Assembly (NCBI GenBank): GCA_023898345.1 | Contig: CP060218.1 | Location: 767,777-831,776, forward strand | From: Candidatus Woesearchaeota archaeon | GTDB lineage: Archaea > Nanobdellota > Nanobdellia > Woesearchaeales > UBA583 | Length of the DNA stretch: 64,000 nt | Direction of reading: 5' to 3' | Shown: piece after piece, positions 9,830 through 18,951 of the stretch | Numbering within the stretch: position 1 is the stretch's first letter | Layout of the letters: every line of letters starts with the position of its first letter | Program-made: the position numbers and the translations under genes | The notes under the pieces: generated by a model | The model's input: only the letters and a program-made list of their open reading frames with translations | Database searches by the model: none | What the model was told of the DNA's origin: nothing

Positions 9830-10726
9830 TCCCGAAAAACTCCCTTAAACAAATGTTTAAATTCAGAAGAGATAAATCTTATTTTTATGGAACATTCTGA
9901 AGCCCTAGAAATTATAGAAACTTATGATTTAACTCCTGGACAAAGAGAATTTCTTTTTGAAAGGGCTCCTTCTTATGCTGATTCTACTTCGAATTTTCCT
10001 GCTCTTTATTCGCTGATTGCAGAAGCAGTCTCTTTCTTGAAACAACCTCTCCCTGAAAAAATGGGATTAAGTTTGGAAATGCGTCTATCTCCTACGGATG
10101 AGAGAACTTTAAAAGATGTTCTTGGTTACGAAGCACCCAGAATATTTGAACATGACATTCAGTACAGAACAGAGCAAATACGTAACATTTCACGTTTTTC
10201 TTTAGAAAAAAGAATGTCTTTTGATTTGTTAGAATTTTTTACATCTCTTGTCCTTCACAGTAGCCTAGAACCTGAAGACTATCAAAGGCTCCTCGAAACT
10301 GTAAATCCTGAAAAACTCTTAGAAATTTCATCTCGTTTAAAACAGGTAAAAGAACGGATTTTTGATAAAGAAGAATACTTTCTTAACATAATAGGAATAA
10401 AATCTTTTGATCCATTACAGATAAAATTTCTAAAACAAAGAAACTATAATGGAAATCCTTTAGCTTTTTTTAGAGAATATTTTCCTCTTTATCAAGGAAT
10501 GTCTAGATCAGAATTAAAGTCTTTTGACGTTGGTCTATACCAAGCACTGCGTTTACATGGACAAATACACTTGGCCATCCCAAGGAATAAAAAGAAACCT
10601 TCAGAATCAGATATTGCGCGAATTCAACGAATTTTTGAGTCTTATAATAGAAACAAAAGAGAAACTGCCCGTTTTCTTGGTATTACTAGCCAAACAGTTG
10701 CAAAATATATTCGTCCACAAAAATAA
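9821..10726 (+). CDS. Hypothetical protein with C-terminal helix-turn-helix
   Basis: C-terminal RETARFLGITSQTVAKYI resembles a Fis-type HTH; start codon uncertain. Confidence 0.35.
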   Translation: MCQSRKTPLNKCLNSEEINLIFMEHSEALEIIETYDLTPGQREFLFERAPSYADSTSNFPALYSLIAEAVSFLKQPLPEKMGLSLEMRLSPTDERTLKDVLGYEAPRIFEHDIQYRTEQIRNISRFSLEKRMSFDLLEFFTSLVLHSSLEPEDYQRLLETVNPEKLLEISSRLKQVKERIFDKEEYFLNIIGIKSFDPLQIKFLKQRNYNGNPLAFFREYFPLYQGMSRSELKSFDVGLYQALRLHGQIHLAIPRNKKKPSESDIARIQRIFESYNRNKRETARFLGITSQTVAKYIRPQK

Positions 10727-10773
10727 CTCCTTTTTTCTCCTCTCCTTCCACTTTGTTCGTTTGCTAGATAACG

Positions 10774-10805
10774 TTCTCGAAGTTAAAAACTTCTGCGGAA
10801 TACTA
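10774..10805. repeat. Conserved imperfect-palindrome repeat, copy 1 of 4 (GTTCTCGAAGTTAAAAACTTCTG.GGAGCA)
   Basis: Near-identical cores at 10774-10805, 33735-33790 (interrupted), 40544-40576 and 57352-57384. Confidence 0.6.
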
Positions 10806-10874
10806 TATACTAAGAAAGAAGTATAACTCTTTAAAACACTTACTATCTTAAAACTTCCTTCTGAGCTATTTTTC

Positions 10875-11234
10875 TTATTTGTCCTGAAATACTCCCTTAA
10901 CTTCAAGCTGAAAACTTTCAATCTCGCCAGGAACCTTGTCTTTTAGAAAATCCAAATTCTCCAACTCAAAGTGAACGATCTTTCCCGTCTCTGTGCACTC
11001 GAAATGACAATGACTTCTTTTTGTAGAAGAATAAATAGTCTTTCCTTGACAGGTGTACGAATAAATCTGATTCCTTTCTCTCGCATCCTTGAGGAAACGA
11101 TAAATTGTTGCAATACCTATTTTTTTATCGACTTTTGCGACTTTCTCTAACAAGGCTTCAGCATTGAAAAAAGTTTTTGTCTTTCTAATCTCCTCCTCAA
11201 TAACTTCCTTTTGTCTTGTTTGTCTGCTTTTCAT
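10875..11234 (-). CDS. Fur-family metal-responsive regulator (likely Zur)
   Basis: Fur-like DNA-binding N-terminus and HCHFEC/CQGK metal sites; adjacent to zinc uptake genes; ATG at 11234 preferred over track TTG at 11255. Confidence 0.7.
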   Translation of the reverse strand: MKSRQTRQKEVIEEEIRKTKTFFNAEALLEKVAKVDKKIGIATIYRFLKDARERNQIYSYTCQGKTIYSSTKRSHCHFECTETGKIVHFELENLDFLKDKVPGEIESFQLEVKGVFQDK

Positions 11235-11235
11235 C

Positions 11236-11258
11236 TTATTGAGAATCAAAGTCAATTA
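11236..11258. promoter_or_regulatory. Candidate Zur operator TTATTGA-N9-TCAATTA between TATA-like box and regulator start
   Basis: 7-bp inverted repeat spaced by 9 bp; same motif upstream of both zinc operons. Confidence 0.45.
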
Positions 11259-11573
11259 TTTTATAAGACTTGCGAGAAACAGAAACAGAAAAAGCACAGA
11301 AAATACAAATTTTTAAATCGAGTTCCATTTTTCCCAAAAATGAAAACACATTCTGATTTTTTTCCTCAAAAACAAACGTATAGAATACTTACAAAAACCT
11401 TATCTCTTTACGAACTCTCAACCCTAAATCCAGCAAAATACAATTCTCTAACACTCAGACTTCTAGGAACACTAAACCCTGACTGGAAACAAGTTGAAAA
11501 CAAACTATTAGAAAAATTTTTAGAAAGCTATTTGGAAATTCCTGTCTCCTCATGCACAAATAAGAGAAAAAAT

Positions 11574-11714
11574 AAGTAAAGAAATCGCTAAAATATGCCT
11601 ATCCCAATCGGAGCAGAGCTCCGGGGCATTACGGCAATTTTCAAGACGCGATTTCTAACTCCCAGCTGGGTGGTCGCAGCAGAGCTGCGGGGTATAAATA
11701 CCCAGCTAAGGAAT
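11574..11714 (+). repeat. 141-bp intergenic repeat, copy 1 (about 98% identical to 31333-31472)
   Basis: Manual alignment: two substitutions and one 1-bp indel; contains palindrome CCCAGCTGGG and internal direct repeat GCAGAGCT(C/G)CGGGG. Confidence 0.7.
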
Positions 11715-11836
11715 CATTGGAACAAGAGCCCAGAGTACAGCCTTACTATCTCCTCTCCCTCAAAACAAATCCTTGAACTCTCACAAAGAAGAAGATATAG
11801 ATTTTGAAAGAATTTTTCTAATAATTGTCCTGAGAG

Positions 11837-11870
11837 TTATTGATAATAAGACTCAATAATATTTATAAAA
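11837..11870 (+). promoter_or_regulatory. Candidate Zur operator (TTATTGA-N9-TCAATAA) plus TATA box TTTATAAAA for the first CobW-type gene
   Basis: 34-bp block identical to 14208-14241; TATA about 25 bp upstream of ATG 11892, implying a leaderless transcript. Confidence 0.5.
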
Positions 11871-11891
11871 TTCCTTCAGTTGCACTTGAAC

Positions 11892-13175
11892 ATGGAAAAC
11901 AAACTCCCCGTTACACTCTTAAGTGGCTTTTTAGGCTCAGGAAAAACAACACTCCTCAATCACATTCTCCACAACAGAGGAAATCTAAAAGTTGCCGTCA
12001 TTGTAAACGACATGTCAGAAGTAAACATCGATGCAAACTTGATTAAAAATGGCGACGCCAAACTTTCGCGGACAGAGGAAAAACTCGTCCAAATGGAAAA
12101 TGGTTGTATCTGTTGTACACTGCGAGAAGACCTTCTAGTAGAAATAAAAAAACTTGCTGAAGAAAAAAAATTTGATTATCTTGTTATCGAAAGTACTGGC
12201 ATAGCAGAACCCCTTCCCGTAGCAGAGACCTTCACCTTTGCCAACGAAAAAGGAAACTCCCTCTCCGACTTTGCGCGCCTCGACACCATTGTAACCGTCG
12301 TTGATGCCTTTAATTTCTTCAATGATTTTTATTCAAAAGAATCTCTCAATGAAAGAGGAGAAAGTTTAGGAGAAGAAGACGAAAGAACCATTGTGAATCT
12401 GCTTGTCGATCAAATTGAATTTTCAAACGTAATCATTCTCAATAAGATTGAAAAGTTACAAGAAGAAGAAAAAAAGAAAATTAAAGCAATTATCAGAAAT
12501 CTCAACAGAGACGCCAAAATACTCGAGACCTCCTACTCAAAAGTAGATTTGAAAGAAATCATACATACAAAGCTCTTTGATTTTGAAAAAGCAGCTCAGG
12601 CTCCTGGATGGCTAAAAGAATTACGAGGAGAACACACTCCAGAAACAGAAGAATACGGAATTTCTTCCTTTGTGTACAGAGCGCGAAAACCTTTTCACCC
12701 AGAAAGATTAAAGGCCCTTTTTTCTGCTAAACTTTTTTCAGGAATTATCAGAGCGAAAGGATATTTCTGGATTGCTACAAGAAACAACATTGCTTTAACT
12801 TTGGCGGTTGCCGGAAAAATTCTAGAGTACAGCGTTGCAGGTTTCTGGTATGGGACAATGCCAAAAAAAGAAATTCAAAAAGACAAGGAACTTTGGGACT
12901 ATCTAAAAACAGTCTGGGAAGAACCATTTGGCGACAGACGACAAGAACTTGTGTTCATTGGAACTGACTATAATAAAGAAGAAATTATGAAAGAACTCGA
13001 CAAAGCACTTTTAACAGACGAAGAAATGAAAGTATCTCCTCAAGAATGGAACACCACCTTTACAGACCCCTTTCCAAAATGGGACATCCCAGAAGAAAGT
13101 GAAGAAGAAGCAGAGAAAAGATTTCAAGAAGAATTGGAAGCTATTCAAGAAGAAAAAGAAAAAATCTTAGGATAA
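11892..13175 (+). CDS. CobW/COG0523-family GTPase, putative zinc metallochaperone
   Basis: [10 protein letters not shown]-loop, CICCTL motif, CobW-like C-terminal domain; ATG 11892 preferred over track TTG 11880. Confidence 0.8.
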   Translation: MENKLPVTLLSGFLGSGKTTLLNHILHNRGNLKVAVIVNDMSEVNIDANLIKNGDAKLSRTEEKLVQMENGCICCTLREDLLVEIKKLAEEKKFDYLVIESTGIAEPLPVAETFTFANEKGNSLSDFARLDTIVTVVDAFNFFNDFYSKESLNERGESLGEEDERTIVNLLVDQIEFSNVIILNKIEKLQEEEKKKIKAIIRNLNRDAKILETSYSKVDLKEIIHTKLFDFEKAAQAPGWLKELRGEHTPETEEYGISSFVYRARKPFHPERLKALFSAKLFSGIIRAKGYFWIATRNNIALTLAVAGKILEYSVAGFWYGTMPKKEIQKDKELWDYLKTVWEEPFGDRRQELVFIGTDYNKEEIMKELDKALLTDEEMKVSPQEWNTTFTDPFPKWDIPEESEEEAEKRFQEELEAIQEEKEKILG

Positions 13176-13177
13176 AA

Positions 13178-14191
13178 ATGTCTTCTTCACCTTTTCCAGA
13201 TACAAGAATCCCTCTTATAATTGTAACAGGATTCCTAGGTTCAGGAAAAACAAGCTTTGTCAACCACATTCTAGCATCACTTACAAACAAAAAAGTTGTC
13301 GTTATAGAAAATGAATTTGCAGAATTAGGTATTGATTCTCGTATTATCAAAAAAAGTAAAGACTCAAAAATTTTTGAACTAAACAATGGCTGTATTTGCT
13401 GTTCTATGAATGGAGAATTGGAAGGCGTTTTTGCCGAGATAGTAAAAAACAAAGAACACTGGGATTATGTCATCATAGAGACGACAGGCGTTGCAGACCC
13501 TTCTCCCATAATCAGCAATTTCTTTTCAAATCCTTTGCTCTGTGAAGAATTTAGACTAGACTGCATGTACACACTTGTCGACTGCAAAAACTTTTTCAAA
13601 CAAATCCAACGAGAATACGAAACAAAAAAACAAATTGCCTTTGCGAACAAAATACTCCTTAACAAAATAGACCTTGTTGAAGAAGAGGAAAAAGAAAAAA
13701 TAAAAAAAGAAATCTCAAAACTCAATCCAGATTCACAGATAAGCGAAACAACACACGCCAAAATTCCACTTCAACACATTTTTGAAGAATCTGCCTTCGA
13801 TATTTCAGATCTTAAAAAGATAAAGAATTCTTTCCAATCCTTTAGTTTTTCTCCCTCTCTTGCACCCTCAGTTCTGACAAAGCCAGTACAAAGTCACGAC
13901 ATACAGTCATTTGGCATTTCCAGTGAAGGCGAAATACTTCTCCCAGAATTTGACTTTTTCATAAGAACACTCATAGAGCTCAAAAGAAATGACTTGTACA
14001 GAACAAAAGGCATCGTCAATCTCAAAGGAGCAAATCAGCCCCTTATTTTTCAAGGAATTCATGATGCCATAGAATGGTTTCCCGGTCCACCATGGGGAGA
14101 AGATGAAAAGAGAGAAACAAAAATGATTTTTATTGGAAAAAATTTGGATAAGCAGGACATTGAAACTGCATTTAAGAAAATTCTTCACTAA
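13178..14191 (+). CDS. CobW/COG0523-family GTPase, second paralog
   Basis: [10 protein letters not shown]-loop and GCICCSM motif. Confidence 0.8.
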   Translation: MSSSPFPDTRIPLIIVTGFLGSGKTSFVNHILASLTNKKVVVIENEFAELGIDSRIIKKSKDSKIFELNNGCICCSMNGELEGVFAEIVKNKEHWDYVIIETTGVADPSPIISNFFSNPLLCEEFRLDCMYTLVDCKNFFKQIQREYETKKQIAFANKILLNKIDLVEEEEKEKIKKEISKLNPDSQISETTHAKIPLQHIFEESAFDISDLKKIKNSFQSFSFSPSLAPSVLTKPVQSHDIQSFGISSEGEILLPEFDFFIRTLIELKRNDLYRTKGIVNLKGANQPLIFQGIHDAIEWFPGPPWGEDEKRETKMIFIGKNLDKQDIETAFKKILH

Positions 14192-14206
14192 AAGTTTTAT
14201 CTCCTG

Positions 14207-14240
14207 CTATTGATAATAAGACTCAATAATATTTATAAAA
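14207..14240 (+). promoter_or_regulatory. Candidate Zur operator (cTATTGA-N9-TCAATAA) plus TATA box for the znuABC operon
   Basis: Identical to the motif at 11838-11871; ATG at 14261. Confidence 0.5.
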
Positions 14241-14260
14241 TAAAATACAAATCTTAGAAT

Positions 14261-15235
14261 ATGAAAAAAAGTCTCGTTTTCATTATGCTCCTTATCGGAG
14301 TTCTTCTTGCATCATGTAGCAGTACAAACACAAGCCAACAAAGTACAAAGCTAGCTGATGAAAACTCTCTCTCTGAAAAACCGACAATCGTAACAACCTT
14401 TTATCCCGTCGAAGAAATTTCCAAAGCTATTCTTGGCGACACAGCAAATGTCGAAGTTCTTGTCGGCTCTGGCGTCGAACCGCATTCGTACGAACCAACT
14501 CCGACACAAATCATAGAACTTTCCAAAGCAGATTCCTTTGTCACCATGGACGGAATGTTTGAACACATTGAAGAAGCAATTATAGAAGCAAACCCAAGTA
14601 TCAAAGTAATTCCGGCAACTCAAAATCTCCCTCTTTTGAAAAATGAAGAAGAGGATGAACACGATCACGAAGATGAAGAACATGACGAGCACGAAGAAGA
14701 AGAGCACGAGCATGATCACGGGGAATACGACCCGCATGTTTGGCTTTCTATTGAGAACATGAAAACGATGACACAAGACGTTCTCGACCAACTTATTGTT
14801 TTGTACCCCGAACACAAGGACATGTACGAAGCAAACGCCAAAGCCTACGAAGAACAACTCGACGAACTTGAAACCCAATACACACAAACACTCAGCAATT
14901 GTTCACAAAACATCATCATCGTCAATCACAAAGCCTTTGCCTACCTTGGACACGAATACGGATTTGAACAAATTTCCGTTGCAGGATTCACGCCAGAATC
15001 AGAACCAAGTCCAAAAGCAATACAAAATGTCGTAGACGAAGCAAAAGAACACTCCCTCAAATATGTATTTTCAGAAGGACAAATAGACCCAAAAACAGCA
15101 CAAACAATTGCCGATGATATAGGAGGAGAAGTACTTGAACTTTACCCTATCAAAATGAACGAAAACCAAAACTACTTTTCCATCATGAGAACAAACTTAG
15201 AAAAACTAGCAATAGGACTAGAATGTTCAAATTAG
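14261..15235 (+). CDS. znuA: Zinc ABC transporter substrate-binding lipoprotein (ZnuA-like) with His/Asp/Glu-rich loop
   Basis: Signal/lipobox-like LLASCSS, acidic His-rich loop EEEDEHDHEDEEHDEHEEEEHEHDH, cluster I substrate-binding fold. Confidence 0.8.
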   Translation: MKKSLVFIMLLIGVLLASCSSTNTSQQSTKLADENSLSEKPTIVTTFYPVEEISKAILGDTANVEVLVGSGVEPHSYEPTPTQIIELSKADSFVTMDGMFEHIEEAIIEANPSIKVIPATQNLPLLKNEEEDEHDHEDEEHDEHEEEEHEHDHGEYDPHVWLSIENMKTMTQDVLDQLIVLYPEHKDMYEANAKAYEEQLDELETQYTQTLSNCSQNIIIVNHKAFAYLGHEYGFEQISVAGFTPESEPSPKAIQNVVDEAKEHSLKYVFSEGQIDPKTAQTIADDIGGEVLELYPIKMNENQNYFSIMRTNLEKLAIGLECSN

Positions 15236-15268
15236 TTTTTTAAATAGAAAAGGAAAAGGAAATCTAAG

Positions 15269-15967
15269 ATGCAAGAACCAATAATTGAAATTAAAGATTT
15301 AACATATTCTTATCACCAAGAACAAAACATACTCGAAAACATCTCTCTTTCCATACACAAAGGTGACTTAGTTGCCATTATCGGTCACAACGGCTCCGGA
15401 AAATCAACACTCGTCAAACTTATAGCAGGCTTGCTCGAACAAAAAACAGAAAGCATAACACTACGAGGAAAACTCTCCTACATTCCACAAAAAGTCAGTT
15501 CAGACAACAACTTCCCCGCCAAAGTAAAGGAAATCCTTGACCTCGAATGCTGTGATTGCAAACTACGTGACGAAGTCCTCAAAAATTTAGGAATAGACGA
15601 GTTTGTCGAAAAACAATTCAAAGTTCTCTCTGGCGGCCAACAACAAAGAGTCCTTATTGCACTTGCACTCCTTTCAAATCCAGACATCCTCATTCTCGAC
15701 GAACCGACAGTTGGCGTGGATACAAAAACCCAAGAAGACTTTTACAAATTGCTCAAAAAACTCCACAAAGAAAGAGAACTCACTATCCTCTTTGTCACAC
15801 ACGACACAGGAATGATCTCTGATTACTTCACAAAAATAATTTGCCTAGACAATAAAAAAGCGCACATGGACGAAGCAAAAAACACAGACAAAGTTCTCCA
15901 CTCTGGTTACGGAGAGCACTTCCACGAAGTCCATCATCACCACCACAAAACAAAGGAGAGCAACTAA
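15269..15967 (+). CDS. znuC: Zinc ABC transporter ATPase (ZnuC-like) with His-rich C-terminal tail
   Basis: Walker A GHNGSGKST, signature LSGGQQQR, Walker B ILILDEP, tail HFHEVHHHHHK. Confidence 0.8.
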   Translation: MQEPIIEIKDLTYSYHQEQNILENISLSIHKGDLVAIIGHNGSGKSTLVKLIAGLLEQKTESITLRGKLSYIPQKVSSDNNFPAKVKEILDLECCDCKLRDEVLKNLGIDEFVEKQFKVLSGGQQQRVLIALALLSNPDILILDEPTVGVDTKTQEDFYKLLKKLHKERELTILFVTHDTGMISDYFTKIICLDNKKAHMDEAKNTDKVLHSGYGEHFHEVHHHHHKTKESN

Positions 15968-15968
15968 G

Positions 15969-16766
15969 ATGTTTGAAATACTAAGTTACGAGTTTATGCA
16001 AAGAGCACTTTTGGGAGGAATAATTATTAGTACAGCAAGTGCGCTCATAGGAGTTTTTCTTGTCCTCAAACGACTTTCACTTTTGGGAGATTCACTCGCA
16101 CACGCTTCCTTTGGCGGCATTGCACTCGGCTTTGTCACAGGCTGGAACCCCCTTCTCACAGCACTCGCCTTTGTCACGCTAGCATCACTTGGCATCGACA
16201 GACTTGTGAACAAACTTAAAGTGTACGGAGAAAGTGCAATTGCTCTCATGCTCTCCTTTGGAATGGCACTCGCACTCCTACTCATAGGAATTGCAAAGAA
16301 AATGGACTACAATATCTTCTCCTATCTTTTTGGTTCTATCCTCACGATAAACTCCTTTGACATTGCACTCGCAGCGACAGTCTTAGCTCTCATTCTCATC
16401 TTTTACTTTTTCAACTACAAAATTCTCCTTTATTCAGCCTTCAATCAAGACATAGCGCTCGTACGAAACAAAAGAACAAAACTCATTGACAAACTCTTCA
16501 TCATGCTCAGTGCAGTAACCATAGTCATTTCCATAAGAGCCGTCGGAATCCTTCTTATCTCAGCACTTCTTGTCATTCCAGCACTCATTGGACTGCGCCT
16601 TTCAAAGTCTTTCAAATCCACAATTTTCATCGCCATACTCAGCTCTATCTGTGGCGTTCTTTTGGGAATCTTTCTTGCCTACTACTTTGATCTGCCTGCT
16701 GGAGGAACCATTGTCATGAGTCTGCTCTTTCTCTTTGTCCTGAGCCTTTTCTTTGGGAGAAAGTAA
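15969..16766 (+). CDS. znuB: Zinc/manganese ABC transporter permease (ZnuB-like)
   Basis: Polytopic membrane protein immediately downstream of the ATPase; 1-nt gap. Confidence 0.75.
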   Translation: MFEILSYEFMQRALLGGIIISTASALIGVFLVLKRLSLLGDSLAHASFGGIALGFVTGWNPLLTALAFVTLASLGIDRLVNKLKVYGESAIALMLSFGMALALLLIGIAKKMDYNIFSYLFGSILTINSFDIALAATVLALILIFYFFNYKILLYSAFNQDIALVRNKRTKLIDKLFIMLSAVTIVISIRAVGILLISALLVIPALIGLRLSKSFKSTIFIAILSSICGVLLGIFLAYYFDLPAGGTIVMSLLFLFVLSLFFGRK

Positions 16767-16804
16767 GAACATAGACATTTAAATTCACAAACACGACAAA
16801 GCTT

Positions 16805-18001
16805 ATGGGAGTGTACGAAGCTGAAGACGACAGCAAACTTCTTCTGAACTGCGCAAAGGAATATCTTACTAAAACAAACAAAGAAGAGCAACTCGACATT
16901 CTTGAGATTGGCGTCGGCTCAGGATTTGTACTTTCAGAACTAGCAAAAGAATTTCCACTGCACAAGTATTTTGGATCAGATATTAACAAGGACGCGCTGC
17001 AAAGTACAAAGCAGCTTTTTCAAAAGAACAAACAGAAAGTCACACTTAAACAATCAAATCTCTTTGAGAAATGGAAAAAAAACAAGTTTGACCTTATTCT
17101 TTTCAACACGCCATATCTTCCCCTTGAAGATGAAGAGAACTTTGAAGAGTTAAGCATGGAAGACAAAGCACTGTACGGAGGCAAAGAAGGAAATGAAGTG
17201 ACTCTTGACTTTCTCAAAGCCTTACCTTCACACCTCAAAGAAAAAGGAAAAACACTCATCATTACTTCAAGTCTAGCAAAACCCGAGCGCATAGAACAAA
17301 GAGCAAAAGAACTTCTCCTTGAAACAAAAATAATCAAAACAAGCCCATCATTTTTTGAAGAAATACTCTGCATAGACATCAAAAAAACATACCTTCTAGA
17401 AAAGCTCAGTAAAGAAAAAATAACAGAAATAGACTATTTTTCAAAAGGAAAAAAATCACAAGTGTACAAAGGAAAATTCCACAAAAAAGACATCATCATA
17501 AAATTAGGAAAAGAAGACGATTTGCAAGTGGAAAAAATCTTTCTCAAAAAACTTGAACATACAAAGTTCACGCCAAAACTCATAGGAAAACAATATTCCG
17601 GTGCAATTCTCATGAGCTACGTCAAAGGAGAAAATATTGAGCAATTTCTAAAAAACAACACAAACAAAAAAGAAATCTCTCAGATTCTTAATTCCTGCCT
17701 TGCACACTGCTACACTTTGGACTCACTCAAGATAACAAAAAAAGAAATGACAAACCCATACAAACACATCATCATCGACGACAAAGCAAATGTAACATTC
17801 ATCGACTTTGAGCGCGCCTTGTACAACGACAATCCCAAAAACACGCGCCAGTTCTTGCAGTACCTTTGTCGGCAAAGTAAGAATTTACAAAAAAAAGGAA
17901 TCGTTCTCGACACAGACAAGATACGAGAACAAGCAAAAGCACACAAAGAAAAACCACAAAAAATCAGACTCCAAACATTTCTTGAAAATAAAATCACCTG
18001 A
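16805..18001 (+). CDS. Fusion protein: N-terminal HemK/Mtq2-like SAM methyltransferase and C-terminal Bud32/RIO-like small kinase domain
   Basis: GVYEAEDDS and FNTPYLP (NPPY-like) motifs N-terminally; kinase-like IIIKLG, HIIIDDKAN and IDFERA C-terminally. Confidence 0.5.
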   Translation: MGVYEAEDDSKLLLNCAKEYLTKTNKEEQLDILEIGVGSGFVLSELAKEFPLHKYFGSDINKDALQSTKQLFQKNKQKVTLKQSNLFEKWKKNKFDLILFNTPYLPLEDEENFEELSMEDKALYGGKEGNEVTLDFLKALPSHLKEKGKTLIITSSLAKPERIEQRAKELLLETKIIKTSPSFFEEILCIDIKKTYLLEKLSKEKITEIDYFSKGKKSQVYKGKFHKKDIIIKLGKEDDLQVEKIFLKKLEHTKFTPKLIGKQYSGAILMSYVKGENIEQFLKNNTNKKEISQILNSCLAHCYTLDSLKITKKEMTNPYKHIIIDDKANVTFIDFERALYNDNPKNTRQFLQYLCRQSKNLQKKGIVLDTDKIREQAKAHKEKPQKIRLQTFLENKIT

Positions 18002-18169
18002 AGAAAAACAAAGAAAGAATAGTCAGAGCAATTGCAATTCCCTTTTTCATATCAAAATGTTCCTTGTATATGAAAATCGACAAAATAATGGGAACCAATA
18101 AAGAAAAAGAATTAATGGTATATACAACTGCCAAATTTCCTTTAAGTGCAAGTGTAAAAAAATAAAACA

Positions 18170-18847
18170 TCAGAAAATAGAAAACACCATTAAGCATTCC
18201 AATGAGTTTAACATCTTTTTCGGAGTGAACTTTTTTTCTCCCATTTTTTTGAAAGTAAACAAAGAAAAACAAAGACCAAAAAGAGGAGTTAAGAAAATAT
18301 ACAAATAAAAATTCAGGTTGTCTTCCATAATAATCTTTCCTGTTGAAGAAGCAATAGTTGCTAAAAGCATCCCCAAAAATAAGAGAAAAAGGCCTTTCTT
18401 CAAATTACTCTGACGACTACTTTCTTTCTTGTTAATCAAAAGAAGAGGAACAAAAATTCCCAAAACAATTCCAAATATCTCACTAGAACTAAGGCTTTCC
18501 TTAAAGAAAAAAAGACTCACGACAGTAACTAAAAGAGGGCCAAAGGTTTTGTAGAGAGGAAAATAGAGCGTGGTGTGAATGCAACGCAAACTTTCAATTC
18601 TGGTCAGTGTTGCCAAAAAGTAGAGAAAAGCATTCAGAAAGGCTAAGAAAAAAATAAAGAGAAAAGAAGAGAACCCAAAATCTAAATGAAGGAAGAAAAA
18701 AATTCCTGCCAGAAAAGCACCTGAAAGATACGTGTAAAAGCTAACTTGTGAGGAGTCATGATTTTTCTCTGCCGAGACTTTGAGAAAAAAAGAATACAAG
18801 CCTGAAAACACAAAGGACAACAAAGCGAAGAAGAACCACGATTCCAT
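18170..18847 (-). CDS. Polytopic membrane protein, hypothetical (possibly continuous with ORF 17994..18272)
   Basis: Hydrophobic helices throughout; adjacent overlapping ORF suggests a frameshift or alternative frame. Confidence 0.35.
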   Translation of the reverse strand: MESWFFFALLSFVFSGLYSFFLKVSAEKNHDSSQVSFYTYLSGAFLAGIFFFLHLDFGFSSFLFIFFLAFLNAFLYFLATLTRIESLRCIHTTLYFPLYKTFGPLLVTVVSLFFFKESLSSSEIFGIVLGIFVPLLLINKKESSRQSNLKKGLFLLFLGMLLATIASSTGKIIMEDNLNFYLYIFLTPLFGLCFSLFTFKKMGEKKFTPKKMLNSLECLMVFSIF

Positions 18848-18951
18848 AAACTAAAGGAGTTGAGAAACTAGGTTTAAGAAACTTTGTGATGTGCGAAAAA
18901 ACAAAAGTCGTACACAACAATATTTATATAATCCAAAAGAAAACAAAAGCC

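Noticed and set aside
11211-11579. 122-aa plus-strand ORF overlapping the regulator gene start
   Set aside because: It overlaps the Fur-family gene and its promoter/operator on the opposite strand and has low-complexity composition; likely spurious.
11595-11807. 70-aa ORF starting inside the 140-bp repeat
   Set aside because: The second repeat copy has a 1-bp indel that breaks the frame after 48 codons, so the element is more likely non-coding.
14351-14887. 178-aa minus-strand ORF inside znuA
   Set aside because: Antisense to a well-supported gene; the window has many similar antisense ORFs in AT-rich coding regions (for example 3048..3353, 41682..42233, 55608..55928).
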